Below are positions 1 through 11,832 of a DNA stretch of 64,000 bases, in pieces (position 1 is the stretch's first letter; every line of letters begins with the position of its first letter). The notes beneath the pieces were generated by a model. It was not told the DNA's origin and ran no database searches. It worked only from the letters and a program-made list of their open reading frames with translations. Source of the stretch: Pristiophorus japonicus (lineage: Eukaryota); NCBI RefSeq assembly GCF_044704955.1, contig NC_091981.1, positions 48,298,001 to 48,362,000 on the forward strand, given 5' to 3'. The translations under genes were made by a program, and so were the position numbers.

Positions 1-69
1 CATGGTTGGATGTAACCCATCTTTGTCTACTCTGCACTCTAAGTACTCCACTGAATTTTTAAATAACTC

Positions 70-1979
70 TCACTTACGAGCAGACACTCGTACTCTGTGC
101 TTCTCTAGCTGTTTGAGGACTTCATTCAATATGTTATGATGAATTTGCCTATTTGGTGCTGAAATGAGTATGTCATCCAAATAACATACTACCCCTTCAA
201 TACCTTGCAAAATCTGATTCATCACCCCTTGGAATATGACAGGGGCGGAAGACACTCCAAACGGTAGCCTATTAAATTGATATAGGCCTAGATGAGTATT
301 TGTAGTCAAACATGACTTAGACTCCTCATCTAGTTCAAGCTGTAAGTGGGCATTTGTAAGATCCAGTTTTGAGAAGATCTGACCACCTGTCAGTGTTGTG
401 AACAAATCTTCTATATTCGGCAATGTATTGGGGACATTACCCTCTGGAACCTGGTTTACGGTTACTTTATAATCACCACACAATCTTACCTTACCATCGG
501 ACTTAGGTACAACAACAATGGGTGTAGCCCAATTACATCGATCTATCTTACAAATAATGTTCTCAGTCTCTAGTCTTTTGAGTTCTTGCTCAACTTTCTC
601 CTTGAGTGCATTTGGTACGGAACGTGGCTTGTAGTAAACCGATCTAAACCTTCTGTACCCTGATACTCGCCTTGAAGCCTTGGATCGGACTGCCCGTTTC
701 GCAGAACACCTTCGGATACTTCTTGATAACCTCATCCGTTGATGAAAATCTTGCTTCCACACAGAAAATCTTACTCCAATCCAGCTTCAGTGAGCTCAAC
801 CAATTTCTTCCTAGTAAGGCAAGCTTGTCTCCTTTCACTACTATTAGAGGCAAGTTCTGAAATTGATCTTTATATTTCACCGGTACGGTGATACGACCTA
901 CCACAGGAATTTTCTCTCCCGAGTAGCCTCGCAGCCCTATCTTGGATTTCTCCAGTTGGAAATCACGCAATTTGTCGAGGTACAGTGACTCCGGTACTAC
1001 ACTCACGGATGCACCCGTGTCAATTTCCATTGGTATCTTGAATCCCGCAACATCTATGTGGATTTTGATGCTTTCCGAATCGCTGTCCGTTAACTTCGTG
1101 CTCTTGATGACGTGTAACTCTAACATCTGTTGTTGTTGTTCCATGCTATGTAGTCTCTTGGGATTTCTACTCATAGCTTTGAACGCTGGACTCATAGCTT
1201 TGGAAGCTGGTTTACCCTTCAGTCGGCATGCCTTTGCAAGATGCCCAGTCTTCCTGCAGAAGAAACACGTATGGACAACTTTGAGCAATGTGTTGTCCCA
1301 GGCACCTATAGCACGACTTCAACGCTCTGTTAAAATTTCCACTTTCTAAGACTTTGGGCCCCCACCGTCTTTTACCTTGAACCTGCAGGTGATTTACCTC
1401 GGTTGACTGATGACCGTAATTATTATTTAATTCTCGGGAATATTGTTTGGCCATGCCCATCGGCCTCGCTGTCGGACAAGCAATCTCAAAAGTCAAGTCA
1501 TCCGTCGTCAATAACTTCCTTCTGATTGCATCATTTTTCACCCCACAAACAAAACGATCCCGTAATGCTCGATTTTGAAAGTTTCCAAAATTACAGTGCG
1601 TCGATAGCTTTTTTAATGCTACAATGTAATCACTGATACTTCATCAGCCTTTTGATTCCGAATCTCGAAACGATAGCTTTCAGCAATTTCTAACGGTTTG
1701 GGGTTATAATGCTGCTCCAGCTTCATTAAAATCTCTTTAAGTGTTGTGTCCTTTGGCTCGTCAGGCACAAGCAGATTTACAAGGGTTTCGTACAATGCCG
1801 GATCCGCCTCCGATAAGAAAATCGCTTTCTTACACTCCAATACAGCCCGGTTCTGGACTGCATTGTCTGGAACTTCGATTATGTTATTTGCAGTGAAAAA
1901 CATTTCTAGCCGATCCACATTTGCTTTAAAACGTTCCCGGTCATGTATATATTCCCCCAAATGTCCGATTACACCTGCC
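70..1979 (-). pseudogene. Gypsy gag-pol (gag, zinc knuckle, protease, RT), broken by frameshifts
   Basis: ORF track fragments 1619-2062, 1212-1541, 644-1288 and 70-762 are consecutive gag/PR/RT pieces in different frames. Confidence 0.9.
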
Positions 1980-2124
1980 ATTTTAATCTCTAGCTGTTCA
2001 CACCGTGTACTGTATTTTACCTCGGATTTTTGTAGCTTTTTTCCAAAGACAGAAACTTCCAAAGTCTCTCTGTCGGCTGGCTGAATCCTGCACCAACAAA
2101 ATGTAAGCTTTAAATCATCCGAAA

Positions 2125-2143
2125 AATCCCATCCTCGTCGTCA
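2125..2143 (-). promoter_or_regulatory. Primer binding site complementary to the tRNA-Ser(GCT) 3' end
   Basis: Plus strand AATCCCATCCTCGTCGTCA matches the vertebrate tRNA-Ser(GCT) 3' end (AATCCCATCCTCGTCG-CCA, from memory) with one mismatch, and lies 2 bp from the LTR edge. Confidence 0.8.
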
Positions 2144-2145
2144 AA

Positions 2146-2320
2146 TGTGATATTTTCACAGAGTACAACACACACAGCTTCCAACATGGCAGGCAGCTCT
2201 CTCGGAAGCCTCCGGAAATCTGCCTGGTTCTGTTTAATTATTAACTGTGCAATTCCAGTACACAATACATCCACATCCACAGTGTGGAGCTACAAACATT
2301 ACAAGCTTACAGACATTACA
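2146..2320 (-). repeat. 5' LTR of the Gypsy element (175 bp)
   Basis: TG...CA termini with an imperfect inverted repeat. Bounded by the PBS on one side and by resumption of Harbinger sequence on the other. Confidence 0.8.
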
Positions 2321-2870
2321 TCCGAGAACCTCCTCGCTCTTTTGCGTCCTCCAATGTGCTCTTCTCCCAGCTCACTGCTCTCGCCAGCATCAGTCTCCAC
2401 AGCGTGCTGTGAACCCTCCTCCTCTCCCTCCATTATAGGCCAAATTTGGGCAAATATCTGGCTGGTAACAGCTAATTTTTGTTTCCCTATTTGCTCTAAA
2501 GCTCTAAACTCTTCCTCCTTCCTCCCAAAGCAGCCACACCACACCCAGACATGCCTTCAGTCCCTCTCAGCTCCCTCTCTCTCTGTCTTCCCTTCTGCAC
2601 ATGTCATGATGACTCTTGACCTCCTGAATCACGGGAATCGACCATTGTCATTCTGTTGCTAAGGATGGCGACACTTTACGGCAGAAGGTCAGAGAGATTT
2701 AACGCTAACGCCCATTTCATATCGCTCGTGGTAACGCCCAATTTCGAAAATGGAGACGGGGGGCTTCGAGAATGGGTGACAAGCCGGCGATCTGAAAACC
2801 CATTTTTACCACCCACGCCGGAAATACAGCCCATTTTTGGGCAATCTGCACAAAAGTGTAAAATCTAGAC
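2321..2870 (-). mobile_element. Harbinger/PIF transposon end (5' part of the Myb/SANT gene plus TIR), interrupted by the Gypsy element
   Basis: Collinear with 23598-24158 of the Harbinger in this window (TCCGAGAA.CTCCTCGCT ... AATCTGCACAAAAGTG.AAA.TCTAG). Confidence 0.8.
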
Positions 2871-3618
2871 TGCTGGATGTAGGGGTGGTGGTCAGTCCAG
2901 GAGTGGACAGCGGGGAAGGTTCTGTAAAAAAAAACTGGAGAACAGGCTGTGGTTGCAGATAGTTGAGGGTGGGTCCGGGACTGATTTGTGGGGTGACAGA
3001 GTGTGTTGGCAGCTGAAGTATGAGCAGACAGTGGGGAGGAATCATGCAGAGTCAGGCCAGGAGTGGACTTGGCAGGAAGCCAAGGTGCTAGTGTGCGATC
3101 AAACGTGGTCACTTTATTATGTTTCTCTGTAATATCTGTACCTCTCACAGATCAAAAGGATGCACAGACAGGGACTGATACCTGACAACTTTTAAAATAA
3201 TATGAGGATAGATTTAACAGAGAATGAGGCTGCTCCCTCTTGTGGTAATACTCCAGCACACTTTATATTATATCTTTTAGTTCAAGCTGTTACCCTACCT
3301 ACTGTATATGTACATGGATTATTATAACATACTTTTAAGGCAAATTGAAGTAGATCTAGCAATTGCTCTAAAACTATCTCAACAATTTATTTATTTAAAG
3401 TGTGTTAATTAATTACAAATAAAGATTTTGATTGGTGCTAAAATAAGCCAAATTGGTACCAGTAATCTAGATTCTCCATTATATTAACATCATAAATAAA
3501 TGACCCGGTGGCTACCCCAGTGTAATACAATATTCAAATAAATCCCCTAACTATGGGAGGGAAATGGAAGAGAAAATCTGTGGACAGATCAGAAAGACAA
3601 GTAGGAATAGCAAATTTA

Positions 3619-4304
3619 GGGAGCAAAATTGCCCCGCGCGGGGTTTGGGGTGCAGAATTTGATTTATCCGATTTTTTATCGCCTGGTGGTAGGAGGACAC
3701 ATGAGCCCTGGAATTGGGTTCTTTTCCTGAAAAAAAAATTGGCGTTCTCGGGGCGGTCCCAGTGTGGGAGGGAGCGCGGCGCAGTGAGTCAGCGCGATGC
3801 GGATATGCCGCATTGCGCTGATGCGTCGCAACGTCGCTCCCCCTCTCTTAAATGGGAGGAATGCTGCCAAGCCTATGGCCAGTTCCGTGGTGCCCACTGG
3901 GCCACCAGGGAGGGATTCGGCCGGGCCAGCTATGAGGGGGTGCCGGGCTGCCTATTGGCGGCCCGGCCAAACCAGCATCCGCCATTGTAGGGCCGACTCC
4001 AGAGTTGGCCAAAAATTAAGATGGCGGCCACGGCGCTGGGCCCTAGGCTAGGCCCTACCCTTTAAGGGAGGCTGCAGTGCTGTGACATCGCCCACCGCAA
4101 AAGGGTTGACATCATCGCCGTGTGTGTCGCCACCCAGGGTGCCAATGACAGGACACACGGAAACCCGTTTTTGATTATGGCATCCCAGGGGTAATTCTAG
4201 CCGTGCCGCTTCCGCTGCCTGCCCCTGGGCACAAATCACTTATCGCTCTGTTAGAGCCAGCCGGACCGCTAACAGGCCTTGCACAAAGGAGCAATTTCGG
4301 CCCC
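3619..4304. mobile_element. Non-autonomous Harbinger-type MITE
   Basis: Imperfect TIRs GGGAGCAAAATTGCCCC / GGAGCAATTTCGGCCCC, TTA on both flanks, GC-rich non-coding interior. Confidence 0.7.
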
Positions 4305-4329
4305 TTATTGTTTCTGGTGGTTTTAATTA

Positions 4330-4485
4330 GCCACTCATTGATTGGAACTGGGGTAAATAAACAGAGAAAAAAGAATGGAATTTCTAAAAGGTGTGCAGGA
4401 CTCCTTTCTCAAACAAGGGAAGAGGCATTGTTAGATCCAGTTATGAGTAACGAAACAGGTAGATGACTTAAATGTGGGTGAGCAC
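4330..4485 (+). mobile_element. Old CR1 endonuclease-region fragment, left half; continues at 15244-15420
   Basis: Translates to TREEALLDPVMSNETG..LNVGEH and resumes FGSN..NMI after 15248. Compare PTRELAILDWVMCNEKG...GPLGKSDHNMV in the CR1 ORF at 25113. Confidence 0.6.
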
Positions 4486-4534
4486 TGTAATCTATGCACC
4501 TGTGAGTAAGCTCATAGGTTTTGTAGAGCTGTTG

Positions 4535-5806
4535 CTGCCTGCCTCTCTTCCGCGGTTACATCTGAGCCAGGGTGTCCCTGGAGATGGAGCACGCGGTGTC
4601 CACCGGTACGCTGTACGCTCGCAGCCTTCCGCGAGAGGTGGGCGCCGGAGGGACTGGAGTGCATCATCACCCCCGGCAACCAAATTTTAATTTGATTTTA
4701 TATGTTTTAAAGTTTAATTTGTTTTATTGCCGATTTTAGTGTCCCCCCAGTCAGGGGGCACTTACATAATTTGCCTCTCGGTGCCCTAAAAAAAACCAGA
4801 AAAAAACTCAAAAACCCCCCAAAAAAACAAAACAAAAATAAAAGGGCACCTGAAAAGTGTTTGGAGTGTCCCCCACCTTTAATAAGGGGGCACTTGATTT
4901 ATTTTTGTTTTGCAAAAGAGTTGCGGAGCTGTTGCTGCCTGCCTCTCTTCCGCGGTTACATCCGAGCCAGGGTGTCCCTGGAGATGGAGCATGTGGTGTC
5001 CACTGGTACGCTCGCGGCCTTCCGCGAGAGGTAGGCACCGGAGGGACTGGAGTGCATCATCACCCCCGGCAACCAAATTTTAATTTGATGTTTGTCTAAA
5101 GTTTAATTTGTTTATTGTGCCGGTTTTAGTATGTGTCGCCCCCCCCCCCTCCGCCCCAGCTTTTAAGCTTTTAGCCAGGGGATACTTGTATAATTTGTGT
5201 TTTTACTGCCCGAAAAAAAAGGGGCACTTGAAAAGTTTTTGGAGTGTGCCCCCCCCCCTTTGATCAGGGGGCACTTGATTATTAGTTTACAACTAAAATA
5301 GTTGTAGAGCTGTTGACTCGTGATCTTTGGGCACCCTGTGCGGAGGGGAGCGGGCAGGTCGGAAGGCCTCCTCGTAGGACTGCTCCTGGGCATGGTCAAG
5401 GGGGCCATCCGCCGGTCCAGGCAGTGGGCGGTCGAGGGGGTCGTTCAGCCCGACTGCCTGCCTCTCTTCCATAGTTACATCCGAGCCAGGGTGTCTCTGG
5501 AGATGGAGCACGCGGTGTCCACCGGTACGCTCGCGGCCTTCAGCGAGAGGTGGGCGTCGGAGGGACTGGAGTGCATCATCACCTCCAGCAATCAAATTTT
5601 AATTTGATTTTATGTCTAAATGTTAATTTGTTTAATTTGCCAGATTTAGTGCGCCCCCCGCCCTTTTAGCTAGGGGGCACTTGTATAATTTGTGTTTTTG
5701 TGCCCTCAAAAAAAAACAAGGGGGCACTTGTTTGAAAGTGTTTGGTATGCCCCCCCCCCCTTTAATCAGGGGGCACTTGATTTAACTGTTTTTCTACAAA
5801 AATAGT
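4535..5806 (+). mobile_element. Three tandem 5'-truncated Tx1 copies (4535-4921, 4935-5302, 5316-5806)
   Basis: Each has the ORF2 C-terminus (CLPLFRGYIRARVSLEMEHAVSTGTLAAFRERWAPEGLECIITP) plus 3' UTR, and each is separated by TGTAGAGCTGTTG or a variant. Confidence 0.9.
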
Positions 5807-6712
5807 TGTAGAGCTGTTGTGGGCGTGGCTTATTCACTTGGAGCTGTGACTGTGTGAAGGAAGGAGCTCCTGCAAACTGTGTACCCAGGAGAGGAGGAAG
5901 GGGTCAACTGTTATCAACACTTTGAGGGAGAAGAGGAGAGCAAGAGCTATAACACCACTGCTACCAAAGAGTTGGAGAGAGAGGAAAAGGAAAAAAAAGC
6001 TGAAACACCTTAAAAAGCAACATCATCTGTATGTAAGGAGGGAGAGCCATTATTCAACAATCTACAGGTGGGTGTATTTTGGTGCACTTTCCAAAGAGAC
6101 TTTGTTTTATCGGTGGGGGGAGGAAAGAAGATTAGTCAGAAGGCCGGAATAACGTGGGGGTGTGTGGATGTAAGTGTGTGTGGGGTTCTTGCCACCAACT
6201 AGGCCCCACACACCACTAGAAGCATAGCTCCCCATTGCCTGGCCCGGGATAGCTGGAGTTGCCTGGGTGAAGACTTGTTTTCCATCAATTAAACATTGTT
6301 GAGACTGGTGGAGGACTGTGCCTGGGTAGTTCCAGCTATCCCGGGTGAAGACATCTTCTCCCCCTGCCAGAGGACCATTCATAAGGACTTTATCTTGCCA
6401 TCAGGAGAGTGCATCCTTGCAAGCACCCACCCAACTTTGTGAGGAGTGACCTGCTTTTGCAGCCTTCCTCTTTCCCACCCCCCCCCCCTTCGCTCTCTGA
6501 CTGTCCCCTCTCTCCGAGAGGTCCCTTTCTCCTTTTTCTTAAAAAAATTAATTTAAAAAGAATTGAGTGGAGGGAAAAAGGCTCTTCCCCAATTGTTAAG
6601 CAGGGGAGAGGTGTGCCTCATTAAGAGCTACCTCTGCTCAAATAAAGGAGGCCAATTAAGATCTTTAGGCCTGAGACATTGGGGTGAGTGTTGCCCTTAA
6701 AGGGACCCTGAC

Positions 6713-7430
6713 ATGACGAGTCCATCTATGCCTGTGGCAGGGCCAGCGCAAACTTATGCGCGCATGGCGTCCACAGCCACGGCAACTTCTGCTGCTCCTG
6801 CTGTCCTGCCACTATTTAAATTACTAACTAAAAAGAATGGGGTCAAGAGCTACACTCACCCCAACATGAATATTGAGGAGTGCATGATGGCAATGGCTGG
6901 GGTAGTTGGCCCCTCGGCCATTGTTGCCGCCTCAAAAATGTATGGGAAGGCTGTGATCTTCCTGGGGCCGGAGCGGGCGGTGTCCTTGGCCCTTAGTAAG
7001 GGGCTCATGGTGGGTGGGACCTTCCTGCCGGTGGATCCCCTCGAGGCCACCACACAGAGACTCATTATTTCAAATGCCCCACCCTTTGTTCCCGGTGATC
7101 TCCTCCTCCCCCACCTTCGTCAACTGGGAGAGGTGAGGTCAGGGATAAATCCAATACCGCTCGGCTTCAGGAAGGCCAGCATCCATCATTTGTTCTCCTT
7201 CCGGCATCAGCTTTTCATTCAGCTGGCATGGGAAGAGGTAACAGAGGGAGCGTTCAAAGTGGTCCACAAGGGGACAGCCTACTGCTTATTCTGGATGTCG
7301 AACGGTGGGCGGTGCCAAGCCTGTAAGGAGGTGGGGCACATTCGCAAGAACTGCCCCGCCTCCAAGGCCGCTAAAACAGCCAAAGCGACCAAGGCTGGTG
7401 CCGCCGCCACTCCTCCCCCTGCCAGAGAGG
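6713..7430 (+). pseudogene. Tx1 ORF1 (zinc knuckle CQACKEVGHIRKNC), fused by an internal deletion to ORF2
   Basis: ORF 6713-7723 shows Tx1 ORF1-like motifs (AASKMYGKAVIFL, IISNAPPFVP) and then runs directly into endonuclease motifs (CLQETH). Confidence 0.8.
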
Positions 7431-10400
7431 CACATCGTAGATTTAACAATTTTTCGCTCTTGCAGGAGGGGAAATATGCGGTGTGCTGCCTGCAAGAAAC
7501 CCACACCGTTCCAGGAGACGAATCCATGTGGCTCCTGGAATGGCAAGGAGAGGTGGGGTGGCTATCTTGTAGGTCCCACATTTTCAGCTGGAGGTCTTGG
7601 GGGTCAAGGAACCTGTGTCACAGTTCGCCTGGGGGATGTGCCACTCCATTTAGTGAATGTGTACGCCCCCCCAGCCCGGCGCACACCAAGTGCGCTTCTT
7701 CGAAGAAGTGTCCACTCTTCTAGGCTTTGTCGACATCGGCGACTGCATTGTCCTCGGGGAGGATTTTAACTGCACCCTTGAGGCGAGGGACCGCTCTGGT
7801 GCCCCGCAGAGCATGACGATGATGGAGATGTTGAGGGACCTGGTTGGGTCCTTCGACTTGGTGGACGTCTGGCGAAATCTCCATCCCGACTCCAGCACCT
7901 GGAAGAGAATGGTCCAGAATCGACCGCCTTTGCGTGTCTCGGGCATACGTCTCCTGCGTTCCGGCGGCTTCCATGCGGCCGGCGCCGTGCTCGGGCCACC
8001 ACCTGTGTGGGCGGAACTCGCTTTGCTCCGCGCGCTGATGGGGTCTGTGTACTGGCATTTTAACAACCTGCTGCTGGAGGACGAACGGTTCCAGGGTTCA
8101 TTCCATCGGTTCTGATCCGACTGGCGAAGGAAGCAGGGGGGCTTCCCCTCCTTGAGGTTATGGTGGGACATGGGCAAGGCTCATGTCCATCTCTTCTGTC
8201 AAGACAATGCAAAGGGGTCGACCAAGAGGCGGGAGGCCAGGGTGGGGTGCCTGGAGAAGGAGGTGCTCGACCTGGAATCCCGTCTCGGTCAAGTCGTCAA
8301 GGACCCGGCCTTGCGGACGGTGTACGAAGCGAAGAAGGCCGCGCTGAAGGACCTGCAGCTTGTCGGGTCACGAGGCGCGTTCGTGAGGTCGCGGATCCGG
8401 TTCCTCCGGGACCTGGACAGCTGGAAAAAAGACAGGAGGTCCGTAAGCAGCTCTTGACGCTGCTGGCCGATGACGGATTTCTGGTCTCGGACCGGAGGGC
8501 ATCAGCAACAGGGCCCGAGACTATTACAGGGCTCTGTTCTCTCCAGATCCATCCAGCGAGGAAGCGTATAGAGTTTTGAGGGAGGACTTGCCGAAGGTTG
8601 GCCCGGAGGGCGCCGAAAATCTGGATGCTCCGCTAAGCCTGGTGGAGCTGACTGGTGCCCTCGACCAGCTCTCAAGGAGAAAGTCCCTGGGGCTGGACGG
8701 GCTGATTGTGGAGTTCCACAGGGCGTTCTGAGACGCGCGGGTCCTGGGGAAAAATCTGGCAACCGGGGAGATGCCCCTCTCTTGGCGCAGGGCAGTCATC
8801 ACCCTGCTGCCTAAGAAGGGCAATCTTTGTCTACTTAAGAACTGGTGTACGGTCTCCCTCCTCAGCACAGATTACAACATTTTTGCCAGGGTGATGTCTG
8901 CTCGCCTTGGCGCGTGCTGGACCAATCCCGACCAGTCCTACACGGTCCCGGGCCCGACAATCCACGATGACATCCATCTGGTCCGGGACCTGGTCCACCA
9001 TTCCCAGAGGACTGGTCTGTCGGTCGCCTTCCTTTCCCGAGACCAGGAGAAGGCGTTCGACAGGGTGGATTACGAGTATCTGTTCGGAATTCTGTGCGCT
9101 TTCGAGTTCAGAACGCATTTCGTCGCCCAGATCCGACTTTTGTATGCCGCCACGGAGTGTCTGATTAAGGTTAACGAGTCTTTGACGGCCCCCCTTCACT
9201 TTGGGAGAGGGATGCGCCAGCAATGCCCCATGTCCGGCCAGTTATATGCAATATGTGTGGAGCCTTTCCTGCGCCTCTTGCGGAAGAGGTTGATGGGACT
9301 GGCTCTGCAAGGGCCGGGCGTGGAGGTCACCCTCTCGGCTTACACCAATGACATGCTCCTCATGGTCGAGGATCCCATTGAACTGCGGAGGATGCGTGAG
9401 TGCCAGAAGATTTACTCGGCCACTTCCTCCGCCAGGATCAACTGGGAGAAATGTCCTGGACTCCTGGTGGGTCAGTGGCGGGTGGACTCCCTGCTGGAGG
9501 AGCTCAGGCCTTTGGCCTGGAGCACAACCCATCTCCTCTATCTGTGAGTCTACCTTAGCCCCGACGAGGAAGCCTGGCCGGCGAACTGGCAAGAGCTGGA
9601 GGCCAAGGTCGGCGCTCGCCTAGGGCACTGGACAGGACTGCTCCGAGTGCTGTCCTACAGGGGCCAGGCACTAGTCATAACCAGCTGGTGGCCGCTATGC
9701 TGTGGTATCAGTTGGTCAGTTTGACCCCTCCCCCTGCGTTTGTCGCCAAGATACAGAAGAAGCTGGTCAACTTCTTCTGGAACAACAGGAAGCACTGGGT
9801 CTCTACTGCGGTTCTGAGTCTCCCGCTTAGGGAGAGCGATCAGGCATTGCTGTGCATCAGCACCCAGCTAGCGACTTTCCGTCTTCAGACCCTGCAGAGA
9901 TACGTTGAGCCCCTCCTAGCTGGTGTGGGCTGGCAACGCATTTCTTCCACCAGCAGTACTGCCTCACCTACAACACACAGCTCCTATTTGTGAGCCTGGG
10001 GGGCGTCAGGACCGCCGTGCAGGGGCTGCCTGTCTTTTACCAGGAACTCATCAGGGTCTGAACAGAGTCGCCACCAAGCACAGTTCTCCCCCGTCTGGAG
10101 TGGCGGCTGTCCTTCGGGAGCCACTACTTAAGAATCCGTACCTCCACGACCGTGATTTTAGGTAGCAGGCGGACGAGAGCGCTGTGGCTGGCAAGGTGAC
10201 CAGGGTCAGGGACCTGCTCGATGGTGGAGGAGCGGGCTGGATGGTGCCAGACGAGTTGCTAAAAACAGCGCTGGGCCCTGACTCCGTTAGATGTGTCGAG
10301 GAGGCTGAAGCACATGGGGAGATCCAGTCCGAACTGACCCCCGTCCGGACAGAATTCCTCATCGGCACCAACCCCCGAAACCTCCCTCGGGAGCTGGCGC

Positions 10401-11100
10401 CTCACAACTTGAGCCTCCTCCGGGAAATCTCCTCCGTGCCTTTCAGTTCTGCGTGGAGGGGATTCCTGTTCGGGCTGCTCTTGCACACTCTCCACATTGC
10501 CATCTTCGTCTGCCATCCGGACACGCCATGGCGCACCATCTTGCCATCCGGAGGAGGCGGGGGGCCCCAATGGAGTGCTCTCTATGCGGGAGTCCTCCCT
10601 CTATTTATTGGGGACTTGGCCTGGAGGGTGTTGCACGAAGCAGTCCCCTGCTATAAGTTTTTAAGTTGGTTCATGGGCTCCCAGGTCGCCTGTAATTTTT
10701 GCGGTCTAGGGGAGTCCATGTTCCATGTGTATATTGAGTGTGCGAGGTTGTAGCCCCTCTTCCAATATCTGAAGGGGCTGCTCCTCAAATTCAGGTTGCA
10801 CTTCAGTCCCACACTCCTGATCTTTGGGCACCCTGTGCGGAGGGGAGCGGGCAGGTCAGAATGCCTCCTTGTAGGACTGCTCCTGGGCATGGCCAAGGGC
10901 GCCATCACCCGTTTCAGGCAGCGGACGGTCTAGGGGGTTGTTCAGCCCGATTGCCTGCCTCTCTTCCGTGGTTACATCCGAGCCAGGGTATCCCTGGAGA
11001 TGGAGCATGCGGTGTCCACCGGTACGCTTGTGGCCTTCCGCGAGAGGTGGGCGCCGGAGGGACTGGAGTGCATCATCACCCCCCGGCAACTAAATTTTAA
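7431..11100 (+). pseudogene. Tx1 ORF2 (APE endonuclease plus RT), with multiple frameshifts and stops
   Basis: ORF fragments 7657-8115, 8152-8457, 8771-9547, 9688-9993 and 10184-10753. Confidence 0.88.
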
Positions 11101-11340
11101 TTTGACCATTTAATATTGAAAGTTTAATTTGTTTAAGTTTGTCGGTTTTAGTGCCCACCACCACCCCCCCCCCCTTTTAGCCAGGGGGCACTTGTATAAT
11201 TTGCGTTTTGGTGCCCTCAGAAAAAATAAAAATAAAAAATAAAAGGGGGCACTTGATTGAAGTTATTGGAGTGTGCCCCACCCCCCTTTTAACCAGGGGG
11301 CACTTGATTGTTTGCAACTAAAATAGTTGTTGAGCTGTTG

Positions 11341-11832
11341 AGCGGGCAGGTCGGAAGGTCTCCTCGTAGGGGGCCATCACCCGGTCCAGGCAGCGGGCGG
11401 TTGAGGGGGTCGTTCAGCCCGACTGCCTGCCTCTCTTCCGCCACGGTGTCCCTGGAGATGGAGCATGTGATGTCCACTGCTATGCTCGCGGCCTTCCATG
11501 AGAGGTGGGCACCGGAGGGGCTGGAGTGCATCATCACCCCCAGCAACCAACTTTTAATTTAAGTTTACTGTCAAAAGTTTATTTTGTTTAACGTGTCGGT
11601 TTTAGTGCTCCCCTTTAATCAGGGGCACTTGTTTATCTGCACGCAGTGTCTATCGGTGCACTCTTGGTCTTCCGCGAGAGGCGGGCACCGGAGGGAATGG
11701 AGTGCTTCATCACCCCTGGCAACCAAATTTTTATTTGATCTAAGTTTCCGTTAAAGTTGCATTTGGAAATGTGTAGGTTCTAGTGCCCTTGCCAAAAGGG
11801 GGCACTTGATTTAAAGTTAGAATTAAAATAGT
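11341..11832 (+). mobile_element. Two more 5'-truncated Tx1 3' ends (11341-~11638 and ~11639-11832)
   Basis: Same ORF2 C-terminus and 3' UTR hairpins, followed by TGTAGAGCTGTTG at 11833-11845. Confidence 0.85.

Larger units (their letters stand above)
1..2320 (-). mobile_element. Gypsy/Ty3 LTR retrotransposon, degenerate; 5' part only, continues beyond window start
   Basis: Frameshifted gag (1212-1979), zinc knuckle CFFCRKTGHLAKAC, protease IDTGAS, and RT motifs (WATPIVVVPK, LCGDYK, RLPFG, YLDDILI). 5' LTR at 2146-2320 has TGTGAT...ATTACA ends with an adjacent PBS. Confidence 0.93.
5820..11327 (+). mobile_element. Near full-length Tx1-clade non-LTR retrotransposon, degenerate
   Basis: About 0.9-kb 5' UTR, ORF1 with zinc knuckle, ORF2 with APE endonuclease (LQETH, GEDFNC, SRIDR), RT (DQEKAFDRV, GMRQQCPMSG) and C-terminal Cys/His motif. 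Flanked by 13-bp direct repeats at 5807-5819 and 11328-11340. Confidence 0.93.

Noticed and set aside
2125-2143. tRNA gene
   Set aside because: Only the 3' ~19 nt are present, adjacent to an LTR, so it is a PBS.
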